From Terriglobia bacterium (GTDB lineage Bacteria > Acidobacteriota > Terriglobia > 20CM-2-55-15): 64,000 bases of DNA. Below, piece after piece: positions 8,769 to 18,340 of the stretch. The stretch is from NCBI GenBank assembly GCA_963664115.2, contig CAXWPJ010000004.1, forward strand, positions 1 through 64,000, read 5' to 3'. The notes under the pieces were generated by a model, which worked only from the letters and a program-made list of their open reading frames with translations, was not told where the DNA came from and searched no databases. The position numbers and the translations under genes are program-made. Within the stretch, counting starts at the first letter, position 1, and the number at the start of each line of letters is the position of its first letter.

Positions 8769-10661
8769 GTGAAATCAGCAAGCTTAGCTCTAGTAATAAC
8801 GATGGTGTTCGGTTTGACGCTCGTCTTGTATGCACAACTGCCCCAGCAAGAGCAGCCAAGCCAGCCCGCCATAGATGACAATGTCATCGAAGACGCACAT
8901 GGTGCCCTGTATTCGCCTCAGGATGCAGCCCTGGAGGCCAGCCGGCTGACGGAAGCCGTGGCTGCGGCATTGCAGCGCGGCGGGGTTTCCAGTACGCCAA
9001 TAGCTCGAAAGAATTACGTCGATGAACACATCTTCGGAAGGATGGAGCGGGACGGTATTCCCCGTGCGCCCCTGTCGGGTGATACGGAGTTTCTACGAAG
9101 GGCCTACCTGGATGCGACAGGTTTTTTGCCGAACGCGGATGAGATCCGTTCCTTCATAGCGGACGCCGATCCGAATAAGCGCGACAAGGTTATCGACTCC
9201 CTGGTCGGCACAGAGGAATTCGTGGATCAGTGGGCGTATAACTATGGGGAACTGTTCAGAACAGACGACGCTCGCTTTCACCTGTGGACAAAGGAATGGA
9301 TCAGGGTGGACCGGCCCTTAAGCGAAGTCTTCTATGACATCCTGACTCCGACCACAAAGTATATGGGCGGAATCCCGGCGGGGATGTACTACGATCCCAC
9401 CGGCTACACGAACACCCGCTGCATCTTTATTACCGATAGCGACCATTTGAAAGGTTTTAACCGTCTGGACTGGACGGATGAGGTCACGTCGGATCTTTCG
9501 CGCGTGTTTCTTGGCCTGACGACGGACTGTATTTCCTGCCATAACGGGGCGGGTCACACCGACACCGTGAATCTCTGGTTGACCACCAAGAGGAGATCCG
9601 ACTTCCACCAGCAGGCGGCCTTCTTTGGACAGACGCGGCTCGTATCCAGCGGTGGCTTCCAGAATGGCAGCCCCTCGATTGACGGCTTGGAAGACGGATA
9701 TAACACCGGAGATGACGCGCCCTACTGGACTCCGGCAGAGAATCGTTTCCCGCGCGATGGCCAAAACTACGAACCAGCTTTCCTGTTGACCGGTGAAACC
9801 CCCGAGCCCGGCGAGGATCCCCGTAAAGCCCTGGGCAGGATCGCGCCGCAGCATATCCAGTTCTCGCGCGCGGCGGTCAACATTATTTGGAAGAAGTTGA
9901 TGGTGATTGGTTTGGTCGAGCCCTACGATGGTTTTGATCTGCTGCGTCTGGATCCGAACAATCCGCCACCGGAGCCGTGGACCCTTCAGCCGACTAATCC
10001 TGAATTGCTGGAGGCGCTGGCTGAGGACTTTCGCGCAAACGGCTTCCGGATTCACAATGTGATCAAGACTATTATGAAGTCCAACGCCTATCAACTTTCC
10101 ACCACCTTCGAGGGGGAATGGCTGGACGGGTATATTCCATATCATGCGCGGCGTTTCGCCCGTATCTTGACGGGTCCGGAGGCGGCCGATATCGTGGCGC
10201 AGGCCACCGGCACCTCGGCTACCTTCGACATGGAGCAGTATGGAGTGCCCCGAAGGTACATCAAAGAGTTGACCAATCCCGCAAACATGAGGATTGACCA
10301 GCGTACTGAAAACAGGGATGTCTTTGCGTTCATGCAGGCGTATTACCAGTCTGAGCGCGCCCTGCCACCGGGCGACAAGAGTATGGCCAGTCCAATACAA
10401 GCGATGATGATGATGAGTTCACCCGTGGTTACGACCCGGGTGGTTGCTGAAGCAGACACGCGCGTTGCGGCCTTATTGAAGTCCGGAAAATCGGACGATG
10501 AAATCATCGAGGATCTGGTCCTGACGAGTCTGTCCCGCTTTCCCACCGCCGATGAGATCGAGGTGGCGAGGCATTTTATTGAAGAAAAGGGCAGGAGCGA
10601 GGCTATGGAGACCTTTCAGTGGGTGCTGCTGAATAATCCGGAGTTTTTGCTGAATCATTGA
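8769..10661 (+). CDS. DUF1549/DUF1553 (PSCyt2/PSD1) domain secreted protein
   Basis: N.VD..IF, D.EFLRRAYLD.TG, FLGL...CISCH, PTNPELL.ALA.DF, C-terminal W.LLN.PEFLLNH. Confidence 0.85.
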   Translation: MKSASLALVITMVFGLTLVLYAQLPQQEQPSQPAIDDNVIEDAHGALYSPQDAALEASRLTEAVAAALQRGGVSSTPIARKNYVDEHIFGRMERDGIPRAPLSGDTEFLRRAYLDATGFLPNADEIRSFIADADPNKRDKVIDSLVGTEEFVDQWAYNYGELFRTDDARFHLWTKEWIRVDRPLSEVFYDILTPTTKYMGGIPAGMYYDPTGYTNTRCIFITDSDHLKGFNRLDWTDEVTSDLSRVFLGLTTDCISCHNGAGHTDTVNLWLTTKRRSDFHQQAAFFGQTRLVSSGGFQNGSPSIDGLEDGYNTGDDAPYWTPAENRFPRDGQNYEPAFLLTGETPEPGEDPRKALGRIAPQHIQFSRAAVNIIWKKLMVIGLVEPYDGFDLLRLDPNNPPPEPWTLQPTNPELLEALAEDFRANGFRIHNVIKTIMKSNAYQLSTTFEGEWLDGYIPYHARRFARILTGPEAADIVAQATGTSATFDMEQYGVPRRYIKELTNPANMRIDQRTENRDVFAFMQAYYQSERALPPGDKSMASPIQAMMMMSSPVVTTRVVAEADTRVAALLKSGKSDDEIIEDLVLTSLSRFPTADEIEVARHFIEEKGRSEAMETFQWVLLNNPEFLLNH

Positions 10662-10793
10662 CGAGAGGCCCATCCAGACACGAGCGATTGTTTAAGCCCG
10701 ATAGGACGGCTCAGCCATTACAAAGACGGTTGATGTTGCGGTCGTCGGGTGGGGAAACAAATTAGCCCAATGTAGCGTGAGGAGAAAAAAAGG

Positions 10794-12248
10794 ATGAGAC
10801 AACGAATAAAGGATATGAGCCGCCGCGATCTGCTGAAATTATTCGGCGTGGGTTTTGGCGCGTCGATCGCTGGGCAAGTCACGTTGCCGCGCCAGATTCG
10901 GGCCGCGCAAGGCGCTGTGACGCCACGAGGGTCGGCACGCAACGTAATTGTGATCCAAAATGGCGGCGCTCCCAGTCCGATGGAGACCTTCGATTTCAAG
11001 GAAACGAAATGGACGGCGTCTGATCTGGATATCCAGCAGGTCAATTCGGATTTCGTTTTGTCGAAAACCCTCTTCCCCCGGGCCCATGAAGTGTGGGCGC
11101 CGCGGGCCTCCCTGGTTCGTTCGATGAGGTCCGGCGGCCTGGTTCACTTCCCGGCCCAGTACTATCAACAGGCGGGTCGCGCGATGAACCCCGCAATTGT
11201 CCGGGAGATCCCGGCTTTCGGCTGCGTCGTCGCGAAAGAACTTGAGCCCGAGCGACGAGACTCCGACACGTTTCCCGGATTTATCAGTACCGATCTGTGG
11301 AACATCCGCTGTCCCCCGATGGGATCTGGAATGTTGCCGTCTCGCTTTGCGGGAATGGACCTCAACACGAACAGCGTATTCGATAGCTTCGGCGGCGGGA
11401 GTGACGCGCAGGAAAATGTAGTTTTGGAGGAACGCTGGGAGGCCCTGAACCGGTGGACCGAAGTGACCGGTGATGGCATCAACCAGTACGGTCCGAAAAG
11501 CGAAGAGTACCAGGCTTCCTATGACTATGGCATCCAGGTCTTGCTGGATCCACGGTTTAAGGAAGCGCTCGCCCTGACCGAGGAGGACAAGGAGCGGTAC
11601 GGGGTGAATCAGGATTTCGGGTTGACGAAGCTGGGCCTGGGGATACTCTTGGCGCGGAATCTACTGGCCGCGGACGCCGGCGCGCGATTCTTATGGGTCG
11701 CCAACGGCTACAATGGTCGAAACGGGATATTTGATAACCATTCGGGTCTTTACGCCCGAGGCGTACCTCCATCGAGAGAGTCACTGCCAATCTACGACAG
11801 CGCGCCGAGGTTCGATCGAGCGTTCTCGGCCCTGGTTGAAGATCTGTTGGTCATGCCCGGCCGTGAACCTGGAAAGTCGATGTTCGATGAAACGCTGATT
11901 GTCATCAGCCAGGAATTCGGACGCACACCGGAAATGAACCCAGCCGGCGGCCGTGACCATTGGGGCGACGTGTTCACGAATGTGTTTATGGGCGGCGGCG
12001 TCCAGGGGGGCCGGATTATCGGCAAGACGGACGAAGTCGGCGGAGTGGTGGTCGATACCGGTTGGGAATTCAGGGAACAACCGATGATGGATCACGTGGT
12101 GTCGACAATCTATTCGGCTCTAGGGATCGATTACAGCAAGGTAATCCCAGACACGCCATCGGGACGCGCATACGAATACCAGCAAACGGCTCCGCTCGGG
12201 GGGCCGAGGTTTATTCCTCGGACGGAGATCAACGAGCTGTTTGTATGA
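10794..12248 (+). CDS. DUF1501 domain protein with Tat signal
   Basis: SRRDLLK twin-arginine leader; GAPS.METFD.K, FDNH, EFGRTP..N..GGRDHW, GGG..GG.IIG.TD. Confidence 0.88.
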   Translation: MRQRIKDMSRRDLLKLFGVGFGASIAGQVTLPRQIRAAQGAVTPRGSARNVIVIQNGGAPSPMETFDFKETKWTASDLDIQQVNSDFVLSKTLFPRAHEVWAPRASLVRSMRSGGLVHFPAQYYQQAGRAMNPAIVREIPAFGCVVAKELEPERRDSDTFPGFISTDLWNIRCPPMGSGMLPSRFAGMDLNTNSVFDSFGGGSDAQENVVLEERWEALNRWTEVTGDGINQYGPKSEEYQASYDYGIQVLLDPRFKEALALTEEDKERYGVNQDFGLTKLGLGILLARNLLAADAGARFLWVANGYNGRNGIFDNHSGLYARGVPPSRESLPIYDSAPRFDRAFSALVEDLLVMPGREPGKSMFDETLIVISQEFGRTPEMNPAGGRDHWGDVFTNVFMGGGVQGGRIIGKTDEVGGVVVDTGWEFREQPMMDHVVSTIYSALGIDYSKVIPDTPSGRAYEYQQTAPLGGPRFIPRTEINELFV

Positions 12249-13051
12249 GTATGAGTAAGTCAATAGTGCTCACGATCCTGTGTTGCGTTTGCGCCGCGAT
12301 GCCAGTCGCGGCGCAAACAGCAGCGCCGGACGGCATGTTGGAGATTCCCGCTGGCGAATTTTGGTTGGGCCGCGCCTATGCCAACGATAACGATGCGGAG
12401 GATAACCAGCCCCGCGCCTTCCGGGATGACAGGCCGGCCAACCTGGTTTATTTGGACGCCTTCTACATTGACAGATACGAGGTGACGAACGCGGACTATG
12501 CCCGGTATCTGGAAGCGACGGCCGCCCAGGCGCCGTGGCACTGGCCCGAAGGCCGCTTCCGAGAGGGCCAGGAGCGGCAAGCCGTTTCCAACGTCAACTG
12601 GTTCGAGGCCACCGCCTATTGCGAGGCGGGTGGCAAACGTCTCCCCACCGAAGCGGAATGGGAGAAGGCGGTGCGAGGGGGACTGGATCGGAAAATTTAC
12701 GCATGGGATGGTGCTGTTGCCGCAGACGAATATCGACCCCAGTTCGAAGCCGGCGGGCCGGCAGCTGTCTCCCTAAACCAGGCCGCAGAGGTCGGATCAT
12801 ATCCGCCCAACGATTATGGTCTCTACGACATGATCGGTAACGTTATGGAGTGGACCGCTGACTGGTATGACCGCGGTTACTATGCTTTCATCCCGAAAAG
12901 CAATCCACCAGGGCCAGCCGACGGTGTATACAGAAGTATTCGAGGCGGTGGTTGGGCGGAAGGCCGCGGCTCAAAGTTGGCGAATCATTACCGCAATTAT
13001 AGTGATCCTGAACAACGTTCTCTCACTATAGGTTTCCGTTGCGCACGGTAA
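12245..13051 (+). CDS. FGE-sulfatase (SUMF1/EgtB/PvdO) domain secreted protein
   Basis: ATGA overlap with the upstream stop; IPAGEF.LG, YEVTN, RLPTEAEWEKA, GLYDM.GNV.EW, GFRCA. Confidence 0.9.
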   Translation: MSMSKSIVLTILCCVCAAMPVAAQTAAPDGMLEIPAGEFWLGRAYANDNDAEDNQPRAFRDDRPANLVYLDAFYIDRYEVTNADYARYLEATAAQAPWHWPEGRFREGQERQAVSNVNWFEATAYCEAGGKRLPTEAEWEKAVRGGLDRKIYAWDGAVAADEYRPQFEAGGPAAVSLNQAAEVGSYPPNDYGLYDMIGNVMEWTADWYDRGYYAFIPKSNPPGPADGVYRSIRGGGWAEGRGSKLANHYRNYSDPEQRSLTIGFRCAR

Positions 13052-13077
13052 GAAGGACCTGGGTAAGTAGCACTTCT

Positions 13078-13662
13078 ATGCGTTGGATAGCTCTTTCAAT
13101 CTTGACCACCATCCTTTCCGTATCTGTATCCCAGGCCCAGACTCCAACTGAGCCGCCACCCGCCCAGACGGAACCCGACCCCACTCTGCTGGGGCAGGAA
13201 TGGGTGGATCGGATCAATACGCTCGACGACTGGCGCCTGACCATGGATGGAAGGGAACAGGGACTTGACGAAGTTGTCGATGGATTTCTCGATCTTCTGG
13301 CTCCCGATGTGCTTGTGGAAGTCCCGCCGCACGATGAAAACCAGATTGGCCCCGTGATGCTTATCGGCACCGAGCAGGTCGGGCTGTGGGCCGCGAAGTT
13401 TGCGAGATCGCACGTAAACGTCGTTTATAGCCTGAAACGCCAGACCGCGGGGGAAGTCGAAGGAGAACGGATGGTTTACTCCAAGCAGTTGCCTTGGGGC
13501 GGACTGGGTGTTTCGTTCCCGATCTACTTAGACTATCGTGCGCGTGCGGATCGTCGAAGGTTTTGGGAGGTGGGGGCCGTGTTCCTGGAGTATGGCGAGA
13601 ATGGAAGAATCCAGCGCTTCCGCATTTTCCAGACGGAGAAAGAGGAGGTTGTGGAGGAATAG
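13078..13662 (+). CDS. Secreted hypothetical protein, possible NTF2/SnoaL-like fold
   Basis: Signal peptide, Pro-rich linker, FLDLLAPDV ... GRIQRFRIF pattern; same-strand operon position. Confidence 0.6.
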   Translation: MRWIALSILTTILSVSVSQAQTPTEPPPAQTEPDPTLLGQEWVDRINTLDDWRLTMDGREQGLDEVVDGFLDLLAPDVLVEVPPHDENQIGPVMLIGTEQVGLWAAKFARSHVNVVYSLKRQTAGEVEGERMVYSKQLPWGGLGVSFPIYLDYRARADRRRFWEVGAVFLEYGENGRIQRFRIFQTEKEEVVEE

Positions 13663-13745
13663 ATTTCAGTCTGGGATTCGGGAGGAACCGTCAGCGATTC
13701 GGTCCCGGCATGCGCAGCGAAACCCGGTGCCGCCGCGTTAGACGT

Positions 13746-14156
13746 CTATGGCCTGATAAGGAACCCGCCCTCTATTGTCTCCCGGTGCGCGTTGTGACAG
13801 CTGCCGCAGGTGGCTCCGATAGCTTCATATGGGGCCTGGGCTCCTTCAAAATCCGCTTCGCCGGTCCTCGCGGCGACGGTGGAGGCAGCGTCCGCCGCCT
13901 CGCTTGCGAGACCCATCGCGTCCTGGGTTTCCAGGCGGGTCCAAAACGCCTCAATTTCCCGGAAGAATCCTTCCAATTGGGTCGCATTATCAACGGCCGC
14001 CGATTGTTCGTTCGCCTCCAGATTCTCGCCGAGGCTGCGGTAGGCTGTCCGAATATCCCTCATAATCACGTCATGGTTCCGACCCTGGGCGAATGAGGTG
14101 GCGCCCGCCAAGAGCCCTGCAAGAACGATCATAACTAAAGCAATGTACCGATTCAT
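13746..14156 (-). CDS. Class II cytochrome c (c'-like)
   Basis: Signal peptide, helical body, C-terminal CGSCHNAHR heme motif. Confidence 0.85.
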   Translation of the reverse strand: MNRYIALVMIVLAGLLAGATSFAQGRNHDVIMRDIRTAYRSLGENLEANEQSAAVDNATQLEGFFREIEAFWTRLETQDAMGLASEAADAASTVAARTGEADFEGAQAPYEAIGATCGSCHNAHRETIEGGFLIRP

Positions 14157-14458
14157 GTTGTGCCTACCTATACGTTCTGATTAGTCGGGCCGACTACAGT
14201 ATTACCGACCATGATGTCTATTCCCAAAACCGCACGCTACACGAAAATATACGGTTACGCAAGAGAGAGACATGGAAAGTGAACATTTTCCAGTGGGAGC
14301 CGGTTGCGCCTTCGACCTTAGATTCGTTGGGACGCAAGTGGGTGGTGCAAATGGGAAGATGGCAGCCGGGGCCTTCAAAGACGGTAATGTTGACTTGACG
14401 GGGGAGCCGGTCCGGCAAGGTCGCAATGGAAGTAGCGTGGGGACCAACAGAAACGGGA

Positions 14459-15343
14459 CTAATCAGGCCGGGGTCGACTTGTTTCCTGTTGCATCAGCCG
14501 TGCTTTGATTTCCCGAAGCGCGTCCATTGCACGGGCGTGTGGATCGTTTGTGCCGGGGCCAGCACTTATTCGCTCTTGAACCAAGCGGATGCGCTCGGCG
14601 GTAGCCGGGTGACTTAGAAATATTGCGGGAGTTTCCCACTGCTCGATCGTCTCCTCTGCTTGCATCTTTTCCAAAAACGCAAGCAGCGACTTCGGATCGT
14701 AACCCGCCTTCTGCATGTACTGCATTGCACGTTGGTCGGCGTCTATTTCACGAAGCGATCGAGAAGGAGTCAGCGTCGTGGTGCGATAGCCTTCAAACAC
14801 GTTCAGTCCGTCGCCTTTGGGAGATAGTAAGACGATGGGATCTGCATCGTTCCTCAAACCGTCCCGCGCCACGACGTGGGCGATCTCATGCGCCACCACC
14901 CCGGCAATTTCGGCTTCGTCGTCCACTGCGAGAATCAAACCGCTGCTGACGTAAAGAAAACCGCCCGGAAACGAGACGGCGTTCACTTCCGTGGCATCGA
15001 CGACCTTTATTGTGACCGGAACCGTGACGTCCGATTGGCTTGCAAGACGCTGGGCGATACGGTCCACGTATTCCTGTACGGCAACATCTGTAACAATCTC
15101 GATCTCCCTTTCGAACCGGCGCGCCGCCCGGCTCCCGACTCTCATTTCCATAGCTTTGGTCAGGGTCCGAACCCGCATGTCCTCCAGATCGGGAACGGGG
15201 TTCTGCCTCTCCGCGGCAAGGGGTATCGGGGGGAACAAGACAAGGAGCACACCAGAAACGAGGCAGGTCCAAACCATCCGCCCGGGAAGGCATTGTTTCC
15301 ACCATCTCCTCAGCATCGGCACGCTCCCCAACCCAAACAACAA
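14459..15343 (-). CDS. M48 family metallopeptidase (start codon uncertain)
   Basis: VNA...PGG.LYV..GLI, E.AGVVAHEIAH, EIDAD, AGYDP, FLSHP...ER. Confidence 0.85.
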   Translation of the reverse strand: MLFGLGSVPMLRRWWKQCLPGRMVWTCLVSGVLLVLFPPIPLAAERQNPVPDLEDMRVRTLTKAMEMRVGSRAARRFEREIEIVTDVAVQEYVDRIAQRLASQSDVTVPVTIKVVDATEVNAVSFPGGFLYVSSGLILAVDDEAEIAGVVAHEIAHVVARDGLRNDADPIVLLSPKGDGLNVFEGYRTTTLTPSRSLREIDADQRAMQYMQKAGYDPKSLLAFLEKMQAEETIEQWETPAIFLSHPATAERIRLVQERISAGPGTNDPHARAMDALREIKARLMQQETSRPRPD

Positions 15344-15439
15344 GGGATTGATTCAAAGGGATCTTAGGTCACAGTTGCGGCAGAATCAATATCGTTCTCT
15401 TCTCCTTGCGTGTTCGAGCTGGCAGCTCCCGGGCCATGG

Positions 15440-15590
15440 TTCCATGTCGGCGCCCCACCACTACCGGGCCGGGCTGGTCGGGGCGAAGCTTGCCGACGAG
15501 TCCCGTGTGCTTGACTGTGGTCTGAATGTCCAGGCCCAGACTCGCAATGGCTATCGCAAATCATTCCGGCGGTGCGGGCCCGATGCCGAC
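15440..15590 (-). pseudogene. Degraded M20 amidohydrolase fragment
   Basis: Across frameshifts reads RTAGMI..H..SLGLDIQTTVKHTGLVG.LR...PGPVV..ADM. Confidence 0.5.
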
Positions 15591-15949
15591 TCATAGACGC
15601 CTTGTGTCTCTCCGGTTGGTGATGGTCCGTTAGTCTGTTGATCCCAGTTCAGTGCCCTTAGTCTGCACCCTCACAAAAGTGGTTCATTTCAGAAGTCACC
15701 TCGTCATCGAATTGGAACATCTCCTCCAACGCCTCGTGGACAGTCTTTCCGTTCACAGCGATTAGTTTGTAAATTGAGTGATCCATATCGGCATGTGCCG
15801 GGTTTCGGGTCGTCATTATGTGGGTGATCGTGGGCGTGGTAATCCCTCGTTGCTAGGCACACTTCGCCCTTGCGTGTTTTGAAGGGAATCAGATACAGTG
15901 GAAGTGGTTGTTATTCGCACTCTACCTGATCCATTCAGGTTCGATTTTC

Positions 15950-15987
15950 CAGAAGGCCCGCTCTACGAAAGCGGGCCTTCTGCTTTT
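15950..15987 (+). terminator. Intrinsic terminator-like hairpin
   Basis: cagaaggcccgct-ctacgaa-agcgggccttctg followed by ctttt. Confidence 0.6.
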
Positions 15988-16017
15988 ACCAGCACAAGTA
16001 TATCAAAAGCCAACCAT

Positions 16018-16503
16018 CTAGCGGATCGGAACGGCACTGAAATCGTCCGGCCCGAACTCAAGTGCACCGACCGAGAAGGTCTTTGTATCTTTCGGGCCAG
16101 TTTGGATCAGGACTTGCCCAGTGAACTCCTGACCGGAAAAATACCACGGAAACAACTCATCCAGGAACAGTGACCGAGATCCGTTTGTCGGAATCCGTAT
16201 CCGATTGCCTTGCATTCCATATCCCTCTGCATTTCTTAGGTCGACGAACACCGAAATCTCACTGTCTTCGGCATTACGGAGAGCCAGTCCAGTTCTGAAC
16301 GGACCCGCCCGATATGGCACCATCCACGCCTTTTTGTCCTGTGTTGCGGCGATGCCGGCGGTTCCGAGGCCTGCAATGCTGAATCGCGCAAAACCGGACA
16401 ATCCGGACAATAGTGACTCAGAAAGTACTCTGGCCGATCCGAGGAAATCGTAAGCGTTCGGTGGCAGCGAAAACGTCAACGTCCCATAGGGCGTCAGATT
16501 GAA
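16018..16503 (-). pseudogene. 3' part of an interrupted trypsin-like protease gene (C-terminal beta-rich domain)
   Basis: Joins in frame to 20311-20840 (..ENEDYTM|FNLTPYGTLTF..) when 16504-20310 is removed. Confidence 0.8.
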
Positions 16504-17046
16504 GTGTGCTACAGCAACGCGAATGGAGGTTCAGGATGAACTGAAAGACGCGGGAGAAGCTGCATGAGAGATGGAGGACTATGGCCCTCCGGGGCCGGCC
16601 TGCAGGGGCTGGCCTCAAACCACCCTGAGCGGCGAATCCTCGTCGTGAGCGTCAGGGAAAAGGCGTGAATAACGCGTCAGGTATGGATCGAGAAGGCGAA
16701 CACCAGTGAACCATTATTCAAGTGTCGAAAGTGCCTTAGATGACATCAAAACCGGAGAGGTGATGTTCCTCCGGGATGAGCCTATCGGAAACCTGTTTAC
16801 TGGGTGGGCGGTGTCCGGCATAGAGATGGCGCGAGTTCGATCCGGGCTCTTGTGCGGAACTGCAGGAACCTGCGACTGTGATGTCAAGGGAGATGGCCAA
16901 GAGAAGCCCTCTCAAGGTCGGAGTACCGAAGCGCAGCGCGGGGGCGGACGGACCCGTAATAGCGATGAAGGGTCTGTAATGGATCTGGAGCAAAGGGGTC
17001 CGATTGTCTTGCTGGAATCATCGTCAACCCGAGAGGGGAGGAGCGA

Positions 17047-18309
17047 ATGACAACAGCAAAGTCGTTTGACATTCCGAAGCAGCTTGTGTGGGAGGCATAC
17101 AAGCAGGTTAAGGCCAATGGGGGCGCTGCAGGCGTGGACGAGCAATCCCTTGCAGAGTTTGAGGAAGAGCTCGGGAACAACCTGTATCGGATCTGGAATC
17201 GGATGGCCTCGGGGAGTTATTTTCCACCCTCGGTCAAGGCCGTTGCGATTCCAAAGAAGTCGGGAGGCGAGCGGACGCTCGGGATTCCCACCATCTCGGA
17301 TCGGATTGCGCAGACGGTGGTAAAGAGTGTTCTGGAGCCTCAGATTGATCCTCATTTCCATGAGGATTCCTACGGCTATCGGCCCGGCAAATCGGCGCAT
17401 CAGGCATTGGCGGTAACCCGCCAGCGCTGCTGGTGGCATGATTGGGTGCTGGAGTTTGATGTCCGGGGTCTGTTTGACAATATCGATCACCAACTCTTGA
17501 TGAAGGCGGTTCGACATTATACGGACTGCAAGTGGGTACTGTTGTACGTGGAGCGCTGGCTGACTGCGCCGTTGCATACAGAGGACGGGAGGTTATGCAG
17601 GCGCGAGCGGGGGACTCCGCAAGGCGGAGTCGTTTCGCCGCTGCTTTCAAACCTGTTCCTTCACTATGCGTTCGACCGGTGGATGGCAACTCACTTTCCC
17701 AGCATGCCTTTCTGCAGATACGCCGATGACGGACTGATCCATTGCCGCAGTCTCAAGCAGGCCGCATACATCCGAGAACGGTTGGAGTGTCGGTTGAGGG
17801 ACTGCGGATTGGAGCTTCATTCCGATAAGTCCAAAGTGGTTTACTGCAGGGATATCCACCGGCAGGACGAGCATGAGTCCATCCAGTTCGACTTCCTCGG
17901 CTATACGTTTCGGCCGAGGCGTTCAAAGGACCGATACGGTCGTGTCTTTGTGAACTTCACCCCGGCACTGAGCCGTGTGGCTGCCAAGGCCATGCGGCAG
18001 ACCGTGCGTGGGTGGCGGTTACAGCTGAAGAGCGACAAGTCGATCGAAGATCTGGCTCGAATGTTTGGGCCAATCATTCAGGGGTGGATGAACTACTACT
18101 GTCGGTTTCATCCGTCCGCGTTTCGACCCGTCGCCGACCACCTGAATCGGGCGTTGGCACGGTGGGCCATGCGGAAGTTCAAGAGGTTGCGAGGTCATCG
18201 GCGCCGTTCACTCCATTGGGTTGGAGGGGTTGCGCACCGCCAGCCGGGCTTGTTCCCGCACTGGCGGGCTGGCTTCGTACCGTCGGTTGGGACAATGGGA
18301 GCCGGATGA
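17047..18309 (+). CDS. ltrA: Group II intron reverse transcriptase/maturase, no endonuclease domain
   Basis: RT0 GAAGVD, R.LGIPT..DRI.Q, SYGYRP, GTPQGG..SPLL.N, RYADD, FDFLGY, X domain. Confidence 0.95.
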   Translation: MTTAKSFDIPKQLVWEAYKQVKANGGAAGVDEQSLAEFEEELGNNLYRIWNRMASGSYFPPSVKAVAIPKKSGGERTLGIPTISDRIAQTVVKSVLEPQIDPHFHEDSYGYRPGKSAHQALAVTRQRCWWHDWVLEFDVRGLFDNIDHQLLMKAVRHYTDCKWVLLYVERWLTAPLHTEDGRLCRRERGTPQGGVVSPLLSNLFLHYAFDRWMATHFPSMPFCRYADDGLIHCRSLKQAAYIRERLECRLRDCGLELHSDKSKVVYCRDIHRQDEHESIQFDFLGYTFRPRRSKDRYGRVFVNFTPALSRVAAKAMRQTVRGWRLQLKSDKSIEDLARMFGPIIQGWMNYYCRFHPSAFRPVADHLNRALARWAMRKFKRLRGHRRRSLHWVGGVAHRQPGLFPHWRAGFVPSVGTMGAG

Positions 18310-18340
18310 GCTGAGAGGTTCACGTCCGGTTCTAAGAGGG

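Noticed and set aside
11960-12244. N-terminal extensions in the ORF track (11960, 3867, 32874, 56253, 60736)
   Set aside because: They overlap upstream genes or lack an RBS; downstream ATGs with signal peptides, RBS or family-typical N-termini fit better.
14160-14508. Short ORFs on both strands between the cytochrome and the M48 peptidase
   Set aside because: No recognisable motifs or convincing RBS, so none can be supported.
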